Positions 30,201-40,981 of a stretch of 64,000 nt of DNA are shown here, piece by piece. This stretch comes from Rhizaria sp. SCN 62-66 (lineage: Eukaryota), in assembly GCA_001724265.1 (NCBI GenBank), contig MEDY01000071.1, forward strand, positions 1 to 64,000, written 5' to 3'. Below the pieces are notes generated by a model, which did no database searches, was not told the origin of the DNA, and saw nothing but the letters and a program-made list of their open reading frames with translations. Every line of letters begins with the position of its first letter. The first letter of the stretch is position 1. The position numbers were made by a program, and so were the translations under genes.

Positions 30201-31553
30201 GGGCGCGAGCGCGGGCGCGTTGGCGAGCGTGGTGAGGGCCCTGGTGCCGCGCTCCAGCTCTGCGACGATCGAGGCCACGAGGTTGGCTCTGACGAAGCGC
30301 GCCGCCTCGCGCCCGCCGTGGCCATCGGCGACCGCGAACACGCACAGCCGGTGCGCCGACACGGGCGGGAACGCGGACGACGACGAGGACGAGGACGACG
30401 AGCTGGAGCTCGAGTTGGAGCCGGAGCCGCTGCTCGCAGACGGTGGCACTGGCCCCATCGTTGGGAAGCCGCCGCCGTGGTTGCTGCCCGAGGCCAGCAC
30501 AATCGTGGGCGTGGTTACCGCAGCGCCGGCGCCGCCGCTGCCGCCGCCGCTGCCGCTGCCGCCGCCGCCGTAGTGAGCGAGAACTTGCGGTGCGAAGAGA
30601 TGCGAGTAGACGATGACGTCCTGCGCGGCGACGACCTCGTCCTCCATCGACGGACGCGGGCCCTGCAGCGAGCAGTGGCCCGCGGGCAGCGTCGAGAGCA
30701 CGCCCATGGACGAGGCCGAGACGGGTCGCGCGGGGCGGCGCGTGTACGCAGAGCCGCTCGCGGCGTTGCTGTTGTTATTGTATGAGACAGTGGGGCCGGC
30801 GGCGGCAGCGGAAGACGACGAGGACGACGACGAGGCGTTGCTATAGCCCGACTGGTGCGAGCGCGCGTGGTTCAGCGCGGGCTGTTGTGGCGCGGGGTAC
30901 GACGGGCCGTTCCTCATGCTGCTCATGCCGCTCAAGCCGCTGCCACTGCCGCTGCTGTTGCTGTGGGCGCCCATAACCATAGTCATAGAGTGCCAGCCGA
31001 TGGTCGCAGGAAGGCCATCACTGCCGTTGTTGCTGTAGGCGCCGGGCGCCAGCCTCGGGTGCGCAGGAGGGAACCCGCTGTTGCCACCCGCCGCGGTATT
31101 GCTCGATGACGACGAGGCATTGCCTGCGTTGCCCTCGCCACCAGGGCCGTAGCCGACCGGCGGCCGGCCTGTGGTCGCGGCCAGGCCGACGCCGGGGTAG
31201 CGCGGGCCCACCGCGGGGCCGGCGGACGCGGCGGCGCGCGCGGCAGCGGACGCGCCGGGCGCGGAGGCAGATCCCGGGATCGAGGGCGCCTGGCGGGCGG
31301 GGCCTGCGCTCTGGCCGCGGATGGTTACCGAAGACAGCCCTGCGGAGCCGAGGCCAGAGCCGGGTGCGCGCGGGGCGCCGGTGCGCATAGACTGCGGCGG
31401 AGGAGTGAACATAGAGCGGCCGACATTGGGCAAAAGGCGTGCGCCGAGGCCACCACCGCCGCCAGCGCCACCACCTGCAGCGGTAGGGCGGGAGCCGATG
31501 ACGCCGCCGCTGCCGCTCACCCCGCTGCCGCGAGACGCAGGCGGGTAAGGCAT
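27300..31553 (-). CDS. PP2C/PPM family Ser/Thr protein phosphatase with long insertions
   Basis: Motifs in order: GPRPSMEDE, FAVADGHGG, AGCT, NVGDSRAV, LSRDHK, RVNGQLAVTRAVGD, FLVLACDGLWDV, GSADNVSV. The metal-binding Asp residues are present. Confidence 0.93.
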   Translation of the reverse strand: MPYPPASRGSGVSGSGGVIGSRPTAAGGGAGGGGGLGARLLPNVGRSMFTPPPQSMRTGAPRAPGSGLGSAGLSSVTIRGQSAGPARQAPSIPGSASAPGASAAARAAASAGPAVGPRYPGVGLAATTGRPPVGYGPGGEGNAGNASSSSSNTAAGGNSGFPPAHPRLAPGAYSNNGSDGLPATIGWHSMTMVMGAHSNSSGSGSGLSGMSSMRNGPSYPAPQQPALNHARSHQSGYSNASSSSSSSSAAAAGPTVSYNNNSNAASGSAYTRRPARPVSASSMGVLSTLPAGHCSLQGPRPSMEDEVVAAQDVIVYSHLFAPQVLAHYGGGGSGSGGGSGGAGAAVTTPTIVLASGSNHGGGFPTMGPVPPSASSGSGSNSSSSSSSSSSSSSAFPPVSAHRLCVFAVADGHGGREAARFVRANLVASIVAELERGTRALTTLANAPALAPFLQQPPQPSGSGGGGGGGATGDWDAGSYHYHLFNNGSGGDCAGGVVPPTSNPFAPHATVESALRHAVLRLDERFMLYRASVSHPPSAAANAAAAAAAAAGGNTNSNSNWGANTTSGFARTSFLSSAVGGNSAAQAGGAGARPSAAAPRGLLSSLAFNAGFGAGLGGAARAHAARLEAQLLMQGVNAFAPATAGATAVGASTGATGGGAAVTMPQLAAWAAAVDAGAGGNSASDSGTGGGGSGSGGSGEAMTALPSMPCPTRPAFPIDAGAVDPRSPANSNSNGASSSALAATGAFGRALASRGGGGGGGNGGSVALPLSQSESAGCTLCVTVLHPASGLLWTLNVGDSRAVIARRHEPHPAAFARLPPAGAGRRSQNAGSKAGGGARGGGGAGDDDPAAPVSAAEVLGVGCSEGLPLSRDHKCSAADEARRVAALGGSVVMGRVNGQLAVTRAVGDCEFKTTAAAPYRAAVAAALKNHASGAAAAAAALRGSNGSSGGGSGSGYGGMYHSASSSALANGSNPGECVPLYGSIPPVNAMLGPVVFESGYTSLTAVCADPEITVTTLTTDDMFLVLACDGLWDVINTNAAAGAVVELAAQCVAHDLADPALASAADAAALASGGPGSKAAGAGGQASPLGPGGAAGGFVPRAPLGVGLGAPPALAATLIDPLTPLQYLTPLLGAASPGGAGSGAMGSRALSPTNLGGGGAGSGGGAGWTGCTSTSGVMDAVATELAQRALRAGSADNVSVLAVYIGDVARVNRLRRDAWRAQPSGGGGGGGAAAAAYGGQQLSVRKDSDGGLSGGNMKQAYSVLTGYGEYNSGSSGSGGGGGGGGDGFGGGTAGGGYGSYGSATPPRNGRRGSGAGGAHPHPRDQGFGMTNMGGGLGLTLQVGQSSRQQQQQQQQHGATMGGWGAGGAPTSGVPRLRGLPSVGAAATMNFHTVDGIPVPFSPPAPTGGPAGANRNRRR

Positions 31554-32112
31554 AACGTGTGCTGGAGTAGTTTTATACAAGACTGGGTGTGTGGAATACC
31601 TGTTGTAGTCGTTTAACAAGACAATGATCAAAGGACTGGGTGGTGAGAATCGGTAGAGGCAACGCACGAGCTATTGGTGAAGAAGGAGATCTCTAAGGAA
31701 GCAAATGTAGACAATAAAGCCGACCCCGTTAAATATCATTAAACATGCATATTAACGCGCACTATATAAATCACATGGTACTCCTCAAAATGGCATAATC
31801 TTGTTTTACATATGAAAAACCTGTCGTATTAGTCGGACGGTTTCTCATCGATCCTGAGTGTTGTTGGAGGATCGGAAATGTCAAGAGAGTGACTCGTCGA
31901 AACGCCGGATTCACTCGGATTAATGGATCGCATGATATCAATATAATTGCAGTTCAAGTCGTGAAATCCATAGACTAGTGTATTATTCACGTTTTTTTAG
32001 CGTCATTTATCTCATCATAAACAATGATCGTGATATATCTGATGTTTTGTGATTTACCGCTCGCACCTTTCACTTTGGCGACTCATGCATTCTGAGTCAT
32101 TGCTGTACAATT

Positions 32113-34849
32113 TCACTGCCAGTTGTCGCCGGCGCGCCTCCTCGCCGCAAGCGCACTCGCCCCGCCGGCAAGGTCGTCCATCGCGGCGGCGACCGCAGAC
32201 TCCCTCGCGGCGTCCTGCCTGCGCTGCGCCTCCCTCTCGACCTCGGCGGCGGCAATCTGCAGCCGCAGCGCGTCGCGCTCCGCCGCCACGCCCTGTAACC
32301 GCTCCAACTCGCGCGCCATCGCCTCCGCGCGCGCCGCCGCCACTGCGCGCGCCGCGGTCCCGCCCGGAGTGCCAGCCGCGGCTGCGGCCTCCGTCTCGGC
32401 CTCGGCAGCCTCCGCGCGCGCACGGAGCGCGGCGGTCTCGCGCGCCGCGGCCTCAGCGGCTGCTTCGGCGACATGCTGCGCCTTGCGAGCGCGCGCAGCC
32501 TCGGTCTCGGCCCGGTTGACGCGGTCGGCCAGCGCCGCGGACTCGGCCGCCGCGCGGGCCGCCGCGGCGGCGGCAGAGGCCGCCGCAGCGTCGTTCGCCT
32601 GCTCTGCAGCGCCAGCAGCGGGGAGCAGCGACACGCCTCGGTGCGGCGAGAACGCGCTCGCGGGGTCGCCCCGCGCGCTGTTCAGCCCGGCGCCGCTGAC
32701 ACCACCGCGCGCGGAGACAGGCGAGGACAAGGGCGCAACCACTGCGGCGGGCGCGGGCCGCGAGAGGAGCAGGTCAAGCTCGAGCTGCAGCTTCCGCGCG
32801 CGGTCGTTCTCGGCGAGCGTCGCCGCGTCGGCCGTGCGCAGCGCCGCCATCAGCGCGTCGATGTCGCGGTTCGCCTGCGCCAAGTCGCTGCCAACGTAAA
32901 AACGCGTGCAATTATGAAGAATGAGAAAAACAAACGAATGTGAGATCAAAGAGTTGATTTTGAGAGATACAATAGGAATAATGAGTACACAATGATTCAA
33001 GGAGTCTCACGTACAGTTTGGCCCTCGCGGCATCCTTGTTGGCGTCGACCCCGCCGTCCCGCGCCTCCAACGCCTCGCGCCGCGCGTCGACCTCGCTGGC
33101 CAGCGTCGCCAGCTCGCCCAGTGCGATCTCCAGCTCGCACCACCCGTCGAACGGCGCCGGGCTCCCCGTGGCAGCACCGCGCGCACTGACATCGCCGCTT
33201 GTGGTCTTGTTCTTGGCGTTGGCGTTTCTACTGAGGGCGTTCGTCGCGGCCTCGGCCTGCGCGGCGGCATGCTCGTCCCAGGCCAGCTGCTCACGGTCGC
33301 TGAGCGCCGCCCACTGCGCGCCGTCGCCGCCGACGGGCACCACGGCGCCGCGCTTGCTCTCGGCGACCGCGGTGCAGCCAGCCGTGGCGGCCGCGGCCGT
33401 GGCGACGACGACCGCGGCCAGCGCCAGCGCGGTCGCGACGGCGGGGCCCGTGGCCGTGCGGTCGGGCAGCAGTAGCCGCGGTGCGGCGAGCCCCGCCGCG
33501 AGCGCCCAGGCCGCGACAGCGACGACGGCGGCGGCGAGGAGCCCGCGGCGGGGCACGCGCGCGCAGGCGAGCAGGCCGCAGATGACCGCGAGCGCGCAGA
33601 CGAAGCCGACAGCGAAGAGGCCCAGCTCGATGGCAACCCACGGCCGCAGCTCGTGCGTGGTGACCGTGAGCGGCGTCGCCGCGGCAAGGTTCCAGTAGTC
33701 GTCGAAGTCGAGACACGCGACGGCGACCGAGGCCGCGATCAGAAGCAGCGCGACGAGCAGGCACACGAGCAGGCAGTCGCGGCTGCGCGCGAGTCCGCCG
33801 CCGCCGCGGGCGCGCGCGCGGTCCGCATCCGTGGCGCCGCGGCAGCAGCAGCAGAGGCACGTGCAGCACCCGCCGCCGCTGCTGTTGCTGCCACTGCCGT
33901 CGTCCTCGTAGTCGTACTCAGCAGCACTCATCTTCCCGCCTACGCCTGCGGTGCCGCCGCCGCCGCCGCCGCGCGCACGCGCGCGCGCGCGCACCAGCGG
34001 CACCGGCAGCGCGCCAGTAGCGACGCGCCGCGCGAGGTATTGATCCGGCGGCACGGCGTCGATGACGGCCAGCAGCCGTGGGTCTGCGCGCTGCAGCCCG
34101 CCCACCGCGGCGGCGGACACGCGGCGCGGCGGCAGCGTCGCCAGCAGCGCCCCCAGCGCCGTCGCCTCGGCCGGGGTCAGCCGCGCGCGCACGGCCCCGG
34201 AGCCGCCGCCGGCGTCCGCGTCGGCCGCGAGCGGGAGCGGGTGCGCGTGCGCGGGCGCGTCGGGTGGCAGCAGCGTAGAGCCCGCGGGCAGGTCGGTCGG
34301 CAGCGGGAACCGCGGGTAGGCGGGCGCGAGCTCCTCGGGCCACAGCACGCCCGGTGCGCGGTAGTAGCCGTCGTAGTCGTCGTAGCGCACTGTGGCCGCG
34401 CCGTCCACAGCGCCCGGCGCGGTAGCGAGACCACGGGCTGAGGCTGCACCATTGCTATTGCTATAGTTTCGTGAAGAAGACGACTCGGTCGGGTATGCTC
34501 CAGCAGCAGCACTGTTCGCGCCGGGAGGTGCAGGGCCATAGGGCGCAGTAAGCACTGTCGCAGCAGGCGCGGCTCCCGCTGTAGATGGAGGTCCTGTGGT
34601 AACTGCGCCTCCAGGCAGACGAAGCGGGGGCAGCCGCGCGAGAGGCTGCGCGGGTACGGTTGCCGCGGGGAACTACGGGGTGTAGATGCGCTCCAGAGCA
34701 GGATTCGCGGTATATTGAGTCTGCATCTCAACGTTTGACGTTGATGGGCCACCAGGGGTGATGCCGGAGGATGTTGTCCGCGGCGCAGCCCATGTGACGC
34801 CGCTGCTTGGCTGCGCTGGCATACCCTGTTCTAACGCAGCATCGTACAT
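32113..34849 (-). CDS. Four-TM membrane protein with Cys cluster and C-terminal coiled coil; 2 exons (34849-33015, 32887-32113); in-frame TAG at 34673-34675
   Basis: ORFs 34673-34924 and 32912-34555 share one frame and are separated only by one TAG. The GTACGT...CAG intron at 33014-32888 (phase 2) joins RAKL to DLAQANRD. CCTCLCCCC precedes four hydrophobic segments. Stop is TGA. Confidence 0.7.
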
Positions 34850-35538
34850 AGGGTATAATATTAGATGATGATGTATAATTTGAAAAATAAACAGTGAGTT
34901 CGTTGAGATTCCAGAAAAATGCACTTAAAATCGTACTGACGATCAAATCATGGAAATATGGGCTATTCAAGCAAGTGCCAGTTCAAATGTTTGCGAGCCG
35001 TTCTTGCCCCCCCCCTTTCAGTCACCACAGGAACGTAGCAGGCCAAAAGGTTGGGAAGAGACCACATACATATATCTGCGGAGAGTAAACACATTCTGAA
35101 TATACGCCAGGATATTGGACTCGTCAATATGTGTAATTTCATCATACATAAAGACACCTTGATATTTCAAGAATATATCCATCTGGATTGAGCATTAAAT
35201 AAAGAGCAGTAAGATAGCGAGAGTAAGAAATCACTGAAAAGGATTTATGCCACAGAGAAAGCAAAGTTAGTTCGCGAGCCACAAGCGAAAAAATAACAAC
35301 ATGTATGACCCGTATCTAAATTTTATGCATACGAAGATCTGGTGGTTGAAGGAGGCAATCAAGCATCTTGATTGACATTCCTTCCCTTGTGTGTGTAGCG
35401 AGCAGTCCATAACTGCGCACACCCACGCTCCTCAAAGACGTTAGCCATCTACGATAGATACACCCGCCGCCTCTACGCGACATCTCCGCGCGCTCACGCC
35501 TCGACCGCGAGCGACGCCTCGGATGCAACGCCCTCTGT

Positions 35539-37069
35539 CTATGGCGCGCTGGGCAGCGGCGAGGCTTCAGCCAGCGGGGACAACGGCGCCGCTGCCGGCG
35601 CGGCAGCCGCGGAGGGCTCAGCCACAGCCACCGCCACGGCCGCTGCGGCGTCAGCCGCGGGCTCGGGCTCCTCCTGGCCCTTCTTGGCGTCCATCTCGGC
35701 GACCTGGGCGTAGGTCGGCGGCTCCTGCTCTTTGCCCTCGACCGCGTCGGTCACAGTCGCCGTTGCAGTCGACGCAGACTCTGTGGAAGCAGCAGCGTCG
35801 GCTTCGGCGTCGCCCGTGGCAGGGTTGAAGAGCTTGTCCTCGAGCGCAGTCATGCGTGCCCAGAACTCTTGGTGGTCGTACCCGGGGGCCGTCTGCTTAT
35901 CAACCTGCGGCTGGCCGATGCCGATCAGCTCGGCCCAGTTGTCGCCAACCAGGTCCTTGAGCTGCGCGTCCGCGTCCGTGCCCGGCTCGAGCTTGCCCTT
36001 GATGAACTTGATCTTGCTCTTGGTGCGCGCGTCAACGAAGGGCGACACGATGGTGTAGAACATGCTGAAGTAGAAAGGCGCGTTGAGCAGGATGGCGGTG
36101 CCGAGACGCTCAGGGAAGCGCGAGGAGAGGCACTTGGCCGACTCCATAGACACGCGCTTGGCGGGCGAGTTGAAGAGCGAGAAGCCCTCGAGATTGATGA
36201 CGACGGTGTACTTAGCGACGGGATCCGTCATCATGCGCGTCGCCATCTCGAGCGTCCACACCAGGTGCTGAATCTGTTGGTCCTCGAACTTGCGCATCGC
36301 CTTGGTGTCGTACGTGCCGTGCATCAGGATCACGGGGCGCCCAAACCGATCCAGGTTGCGCGCAATGCGCAGCTTGCCTGTGAGAGACGGAAACAGAATG
36401 AACAAGAGCAAACGCATGGTGAGACGAGACAGAATACCTCAAGCAAAGCGTGAACTGAATCGCATGGAACAAGCTTTCGGCAAGCTGACAAAGTGAGCGT
36501 GAAAAACGTACCGGTGGTGGCTTGGAACTCGACGTCTTTGGCGCGCAGGTCCTGGGGGCGGTAGGTGGCGCGCCAGGCGACGTCCTCGAGCACGAGCTCG
36601 GTGGCCTTGTGCAGGTCGCAGCCGCGAGCGCGCAGGAAGCGCATCAGGTAGTCGTCCTCGGCGTAGATCGCCTGGATCGCGGGGTCCGCGTAGTACGGAC
36701 TTGCTATAATCGACTGGGGCAAACGGTGGAGGTAAAGGAGTGGACGTCAATAAGGAATACAGCAGGAAGATGGTGAGATTAGGGCAGATCGCGACGATCA
36801 CGATGACAGTGCGGAGCGGGCGTTTTCGTAGCTCTAATGATACAAGCAGTGTCTATACCACCATAGATGCTGTTAAAACAAGAAATACAATGTTTGTCTT
36901 GACGCGCTGTGACCTAGCAGGATTGATGAAGGCTGGTATCGAGAGGACATGGGTTGGAACGTACTTCACGCATCGAATGGATTAGAGCAAGGTTGTCCTC
37001 GGTGATAGTTTCCTTGATGACGTGCATCTCGGGGATGATTTCGGTCGCCGTACTAAATTCTTCAGCCAT
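35539..37069 (-). CDS. CRAL-TRIO (Sec14/PDR16-like) lipid-binding protein; 3 exons (37069-36965, 36713-36512, 36377-35539; extends to 35494 if TAG is read through)
   Basis: DDYLMRFLRAR...WR (CRAL-TRIO N), DRFGRPV, FPERLG...NAPFYF...PFVDARTKSKI. Two GTACGT introns join in frame. Confidence 0.92.
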
Positions 37070-37959
37070 TAGGACTGCATGAACGGGGTTACGATATGTG
37101 CGAGCATGATTAAATGATAGGAGGTGACGAAGTGTAAAGGAAGGGGGGAGGTGGTGAGTGTGTGAGCAAAGGGTTGTGACTCGGACACGAATTGGACAGA
37201 TTAACAAAAGTAACCAGACTCAGGAATAAGACATTGTTGAAAATATTAAGCCCGATAGCAGAAAGCACCACGGCATTAGAGTTTTACGCTCGCAAATGTC
37301 TGAACACCAACAAAAAATTCAGGCTTTTTTTCACTGTCCGTCGTCAGTCTGTCGTCCGACCTCGGCCGACCGTCGACCCGCACCGCCCGTCGCGCGAGAG
37401 GCAATTCGGCGAGATCTATAGCTGCATCATAAACTCGTTGTTTTGTCCTGTTTTTGTTATTTTGAGCCTGTTTAAAGGCGGCACGGGCTATACTTGAATT
37501 AGTGCTGTGAAAGAGCTCAGGTAAACTGCTGTACAAGCACGTTATCATCTGTCCGTTGCCAATTGTCGGGTACCACCATCTTCCTCTCTTCCAGTCGACA
37601 CCAAGCAATATGACAGCTATGTAGCATCTGCATATGATGTATGGACACGGCATTACTCGGAAGCTACGTGGTAAATGTCCATGCCTTGAACTCGTTGTTC
37701 TAGTCTGTCAACGGCCAGGCAAGCCAACCAGGTTAGGTGGAAGTTTCAAGAGTCCGCCGGTCATGCTTTATTTTAGCGTTTTAGACTCGCAAAATAGTCT
37801 CATCGATTGCTATGATCGTTGTCTAGCGCATTTAGACGCCAACCTTATCTGTGTGCTTTGATATTTTTTCACTCAACCTTACACATTCTCCTCATAGACA
37901 CCCCCGGTTAACTCCACCGCGCACTTGCCGAGTTGCATCTGTTCCGTCGTACCTTCACA

Positions 37960-38649
37960 ATGCACGTGATGGTATTTTGCGCGCTGGTGATGGGCATTCC
38001 CATCGCCGCGCTCTGCATCGCCCACTACCAGAAGTTCCAGACCTTCAACGTGCTGGCGCAGTCTCTCATCGGCTTCCTCGTCGTCAACGTCGTCATCTGC
38101 GTCTGGGAGCTCGCGCTCTTCTACCGCTTCGATGCCATCACTAAGGTCCACTCTCGCCGCCTTAAGGACGGTTTCTACAAGGGCACGCCCGAGGGCGCTG
38201 CGCTGCGCGACAAGGAGCCGCTGATCGTGTTCCGTTCGTACCCGTTCGCCAAGATGTTCTCGCTCAGCACGTGGTCCGAGGTGTGGTCTGACTATGCGCG
38301 CTACGATGTCTCCTACACCGATAAATCCACCTTCGGCTACAACATCGACGTCGGCAACGGCCACTCGACGCTCATCACGTCGGTGCTGCTGCTTGTGTGC
38401 ATGGTCAACCCGCTCTGGTCCCCCCGCGTCGTCGGCATTGTCGGCATCGTGCTCTTCTACCAGAAGGCCTACGGCACCTTCGTCTACCTCTTCGCCTACA
38501 TTAACAACAAGCGCTACACCATCTCGACGTGGAATGAGATTATCTTTTGCGTGCTGTGCACCAACTTCCTCTGGATCCTGTTCCCCGTGCTTGGCTTCTC
38601 CGCATCTGTGGACATGATCATGAGCGACTCCTTCGCCATGATCCAGTAA
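37960..38649 (+). CDS. Multipass membrane protein, EXPERA/EBP (sterol isomerase)-like
   Basis: 229 aa with about 5 hydrophobic helices. WSDYARYDVSY resembles the EBP/EXPERA WxxYxxxDxRY motif. Strong codon bias. The family call is tentative. Confidence 0.65.
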   Translation: MHVMVFCALVMGIPIAALCIAHYQKFQTFNVLAQSLIGFLVVNVVICVWELALFYRFDAITKVHSRRLKDGFYKGTPEGAALRDKEPLIVFRSYPFAKMFSLSTWSEVWSDYARYDVSYTDKSTFGYNIDVGNGHSTLITSVLLLVCMVNPLWSPRVVGIVGIVLFYQKAYGTFVYLFAYINNKRYTISTWNEIIFCVLCTNFLWILFPVLGFSASVDMIMSDSFAMIQ

Positions 38650-38737
38650 GCGAACTGTTAACGACTAGCAGTGAAGCGCGACGCCGCAGTGAGTTTAACT
38701 TAAACTGACTTGCGGCGGAGCTGCACAGTATGTATAC

Positions 38738-38774
38738 TAGTGACTGTGAGCATGCAGTAGTGACTGTGAGCATG
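38738..38774. repeat. Short direct repeat TAGTGACTGTGAGCATG x2 downstream of the EXPERA-like gene
   Basis: Two exact 17-nt copies separated by 3 nt. Confidence 0.8.
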
Positions 38775-39567
38775 ACTCACACGTTCACTATAGATAGCGT
38801 GTGCTGTTGGTTTTGTGCCATATTTTGCAGAGGGCAAGCGGAAGACTGACTGTGTGTCAGTAAAGCTTTGTCCTATATGTTGTGCTGCCCAAAACTCAAC
38901 AGCTCATATGTCTTGCTATGTTTTGAAATGTATAATGCTGGGTCGACTAGGACTTGTTTATCACAGACAAGCTCACAGACTTGCGCAAGCATGACATCAT
39001 CTCGTTTGCTTGTTTAGATGACGTATCGTTGGACTACACGCGATATGCGTGCAAGTGCCTCGGTTTTCATCACAGGTTTTCTAGCGTATAACCATGCATG
39101 TGTGGTGGCAGTGAGGGCGAGTCTTATCTTATTATTTCCTTGTTAGTTACTCCCATTTGTTGCATTTGTGAGTTTGCTGTTGGATGTGCTTAGTGTTCGA
39201 GATTTTTCCTCGACTATGTTTGCCCTTTTTCTTTTTCTTTTTTGTTTCTTCTCTCTTTCATCTCTGGTGGCGTGTTGCAACGCTAAGTTTTGCGTCACGT
39301 CCCCCCTGCTTTATTAAATGAGGCCGTCGCTCCTCTAACAGCGAAACTAATACATTAAAACGATTCATCAAAGCATTAAGTCGATACAAATGTGCATGGA
39401 TGATAAAAAGTGTATTTTTATGAAAAGTCTTAATCAGTGCCCATCGTGAATAACGACTGCATCACACTGGAGTACGCCATTGGTCGAAAGCGACGCGACG
39501 GCCGGTGTGGCCTGTGAAAGCCACTCGTATGATTGAGGCTGGGCAAAGAAAAATCAAGTGTGTGGGA

Positions 39568-40345
39568 TCACCGTCTATACAGGAAAGCAAACACCAACAA
39601 AAAAGTACAAAGGAATATAAGTCACCCGATGCGACTAGTCAAGTAAACCAATTAATGTTGAAGGAGATTCTGACAGCGCTACTTCAAGGATGACGCATGA
39701 GTGCAGAGAGAACGTACTTTCCCTTGGTGATGTTCACGGGCATGTGCGTCTGGATTGCGCGCGACACGTCGCTGGGCGGCTCGGTAGCCGTGATGGCGAG
39801 ACGGCCCGCGTCCAGGGGCACGCCGCCCTCGGGCCGCACGTAGGTCACCTGCGCCGAGTCAAGCTCGAATACCCACGTGTGCCCGTCGAAGCGGTACATG
39901 TCGAGTTTGCCCTGGGGAGAATGAGAGAACACAGAGCAGCAGAGAGAAAGAAGATGTTAGCGCTAGGCGTTCATTCAATGGCGAGCAAATGATAGCCTGG
40001 AGCGGGCATTGGGCGAGACCCAAGGGAAAGTTGTAAGCAAGACCTTGCTAGCGTATAGACATGTGATACGTGTATAATATCTACGGGCGATTTGATGTCA
40101 GCATTAAGTGCATGTTTGCGTACCTCGAGCTTCAGGTCGATCTTGTGTTGCTTAGCAGCAAAGGTCAGCAACTCTTCATGGAGCGTCTTGTTGAACATGG
40201 TCATCACGCTGCGAGCCTCCTCATCGGTAATGCTACCGGATTCGTACATCGTGGTCAGCGTCTTGGTGAGCGCCTGACCGATCGTGGAGCCCTCGTAGTT
40301 ACGGTGAGTCCGCGCCAGAGCTTCAGCATTGAGCAGACTAGACAT
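39568..40345 (-). CDS. TOA2: Transcription initiation factor IIA gamma (small) subunit; exons 40345-40124, 39911-39718 and probably 39574-39568
   Basis: YEGSTIGQAL...FNKTLHEEL helical part and GKLDMYRFDGHTWVFEL beta part. Introns start GTACGC and GTACGT. If the last intron is retained, the stop is TGA at 39684. Confidence 0.85.
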
Positions 40346-40981
40346 AGAGACCCGTGTGTGTAGACTACAATAAGGCCTGTTGGTGATCTAAAATAAAATA
40401 TATAAGAATGAAGGGCGCTAGTGTCCTGTGCTTTTGATTTTAGCTCAAACAACGGATGTGTATGACGATATAGAATCATCAATTAACGCTTGCAACGGTC
40501 CCAACCAGGCAGCGACCGGGACCGTGCCCAGTGGTGCGTCGTGGGTGCTCGCTGTGCGATGTGACGGATATCTTGAGTATACAGTCGTCACGATTAAATA
40601 CGATGTTGTATCTCTTATAGCAGCTGTTTGTTTATGTTAGATTCTAAATTGCAACCTTCACACTAGCGCTTCTACCGGTGACCTGAAGCATACTAAATTT
40701 GCCACAGGTGCCTACTTTACAATTCGGGAAAGGCGTTGTTCTTTCGTCGATTTCTTCTTATATTAAAGTCCCAAGAGAGTGTGACTCTCAATTCCTACTG
40801 GCTTGTGTGTGTTCTATGATATTTACTTGTTTGACGACGACTTTAACATGCGAAAGTAACTCACTTGCCTCTGTTTTGTTTCTCTTGACGCCTCAAACAG
40901 AACTTGACCTTCTCACGAAGCTGGTTCGGCTCACTCACCCTACCATCATCCACCAACGGCCCCGCGTGCTCTCTGGTCGCC

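Noticed and set aside
31887-31916. GAGTGA...TCACTC inverted repeat upstream of PP2C
   Set aside because: A 6-bp stem is compatible with chance, with no supporting context.
34676-34847. An intron removing the in-frame TAG
   Set aside because: The GTATGC donor gives a frameshift and early stop. The GTACGA donor destroys the only nearby ATG. The segment is GC-rich, unlike the modelled introns. Not fully excluded without RNA data.
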